Below, one piece after another: positions 62,701 through 64,000 of a stretch of DNA of 64,000 bases. The stretch is from Anaeramoeba ignava BMAN (taxonomy: Eukaryota; Protista; Anaeramoebae): assembly GCA_028826165.1 (NCBI GenBank), contig JAPDFW010000033.1, forward strand, positions 310,001 through 374,000, read 5' to 3'. Positions within the stretch are counted from its first letter, which is position 1, and each line of letters opens with the position of its first letter. A program made the translations under genes and the position numbers. Under the pieces are notes generated by a model that made no database searches, was not told the origin of the DNA, and was given only the letters and a program-made list of their open reading frames with translations.

Positions 62701-63888
62701 ATATATTTCCTACTTGCTCTCTAACATTTGCATCAGGAGATTTTAAAAGTTTGATAAAATAAGGAACAGCTCCTGATTCAATAACTATACGAGTTTGTTC
62801 TGAATTTCCACTTGCAACATTAGTTAAAGCCCATGCAGCTTCAAACTAAAAAAAAATTTATTTAAAAAAAATGTTATTAATTTATCTTCTTTTTAATTTA
62901 AATAAAATACTTGAATATCAGGATGATCATCTAATGAAAGAAATTCAACAAGACGAGAAACAACACCAGATTCAATAATAGCTTGAATTGGAGGATTTGT
63001 TTCCATAGAAAGCATTCTACGAATTTTTGTTGTTGAATCCAAACATTCTTTTATATCTGAAGAATAAATTTTCATAATTATATCAGGAAGTTCTGCAATC
63101 TTTAAAGAATTTTAATTTTAATTTTAATTTTAATTTTAATTTTAATTTTAATTTTAATTTTAATTTTAATTTTAATTTAAATTTTAATTTTAATTTTAAT
63201 TTTAATTTTAATTTTAATTTTAATTTTAATTTTAATTTTAATTTTAATTTTGATTTTAATTTTGATTTTAATTTTAATTTTAATTTTAATTTTAATTTTA
63301 ATTTTAATTTTAATTTTAATTTTAATATTAATTTTAATTTTAATTTTAATTTTAATTTTAATTTTAATTTTATAAATGAATTTTAATTTTAATTTTAAAT
63401 TTTAATTTTAATTTTAATTTTAATTTCAAAATTAATTTTAATTACTTGTGTTTGTATAAATGCTATATTTTCTGGATTTTCAAAAGTTGTTTTCTTTTGA
63501 CTTGGAGCAAGTTCAGTATTCTTTGTTTTTTCTATAATTTCCTCAATATCTTTATCTACATCTTCATCCATATTATCACCAGTTTGAATAAATTCAATAT
63601 CAGAATATTGATCTTGTTCAGTTTGGAAAGTATTATCTTCTTGCATTGGCTCTTCATCTCTGATAAACTCAATATCATCTCTTTCTTCATCACGAATTAT
63701 AAAATACATTTCTCCAACTCGTAAATTTTTAAAAACACCATCTTCAGGTACTTCAATTTCATTCTTTGCTGATTCTAAAAATTCAATTGGAGAAACATTA
63801 AAATCTATTTCAAGTGCTTCAACAGTTACTTCATTAATTGGATATTGTTTTATATCTAAAGTTCCTTTGATACAAATTGAGACTTCAG
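59750..63888 (-). CDS. Importin-alpha (karyopherin alpha) family ARM-repeat protein; 5' end outside the window
   Basis: Exons 63888-63446, 63099-62911, 62845-62714, 62232-62047, 61974-61811, 60544-60401, 60335-60150, 60020-59750; motifs [83 protein letters not shown]. Confidence 0.92.
60550..61800. repeat. Intronic 13-mer (TTGGAATATAAAT/TTTGAATATAAAT)n
   Basis: Periodic array in an importin-alpha intron; other introns of this gene carry a 9-mer (about 62255-62690), a 6-mer (about 63110-63440) and an ATTT/ATTA-type array (63895-64000). Confidence 0.9.
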
Positions 63889-64000
63889 CTAAATATTTAT
63901 TAATTTATTTATTTATTAAATTATTTATTAATTTATTTATTAATTTATTTATTAATTTATTTATTAATTTATTTATTAATTTATTTATTAATTTATTTAT

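Noticed and set aside
1-64000. tRNA, rRNA or other structured RNA genes; alternative genetic code
   Set aside because: No GC-rich non-coding stretch with tRNA or rRNA features was seen, and conserved genes end at the expected places with TAA, TAG or TGA.

Overview
Extremely AT-rich, intron-containing eukaryotic genomic DNA. The gene repertoire (kelch-BTB, RCC1-BTB, ankyrin, a bacterial-type sugar isomerase), Inr-like TCATTT starts and A-rich AAG/TAG acceptors suggest an anaerobic metamonad such as Anaeramoeba (inference only). I reconstructed about 26 protein genes by hand across GT-AG introns, many of them invisible or fragmentary in the ORF track: three paralogous small RING-variant proteins, eL42/RPL44, RNF10/Mag2, two tandem kelch-BTB-BTB genes, an LRR-PP2C, a small ankyrin-repeat gene, NAC-beta, a Puf4/5-type PUF gene with an intact pogo-like (DD35D) transposon in its first large intron, V-ATPase G, an L-fucose/L-arabinose isomerase-like gene, an RCC1-BTB gene with a damaged 5' end, PUM3/Puf6, PITHD1, RPB7, an array of five 4-TM genes plus an orphan last exon, a hypothetical protein, a BLOS3-like protein and an importin-alpha. 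Most long ORF-track entries are artefacts of simple repeats that fill introns. The standout observation is the ankyrin gene (23063-24285, minus). Between its repeat-sized exons lie pairs of single-codon (3-nt) micro-exons, each flanked by AG and GTA and separated by 54-71 nt introns. They supply exactly the two variable beta-hairpin residues (D/N-x-x-G-x-TPLH) of each ankyrin repeat. Other notable points: loop-restricted divergence between the kelch duplicates, intron-filling satellites that avoid AG on the sense strand, and a duplicated terminal exon in the 4-TM array. Several frameshifts fall in homopolymers and probably reflect assembly error.
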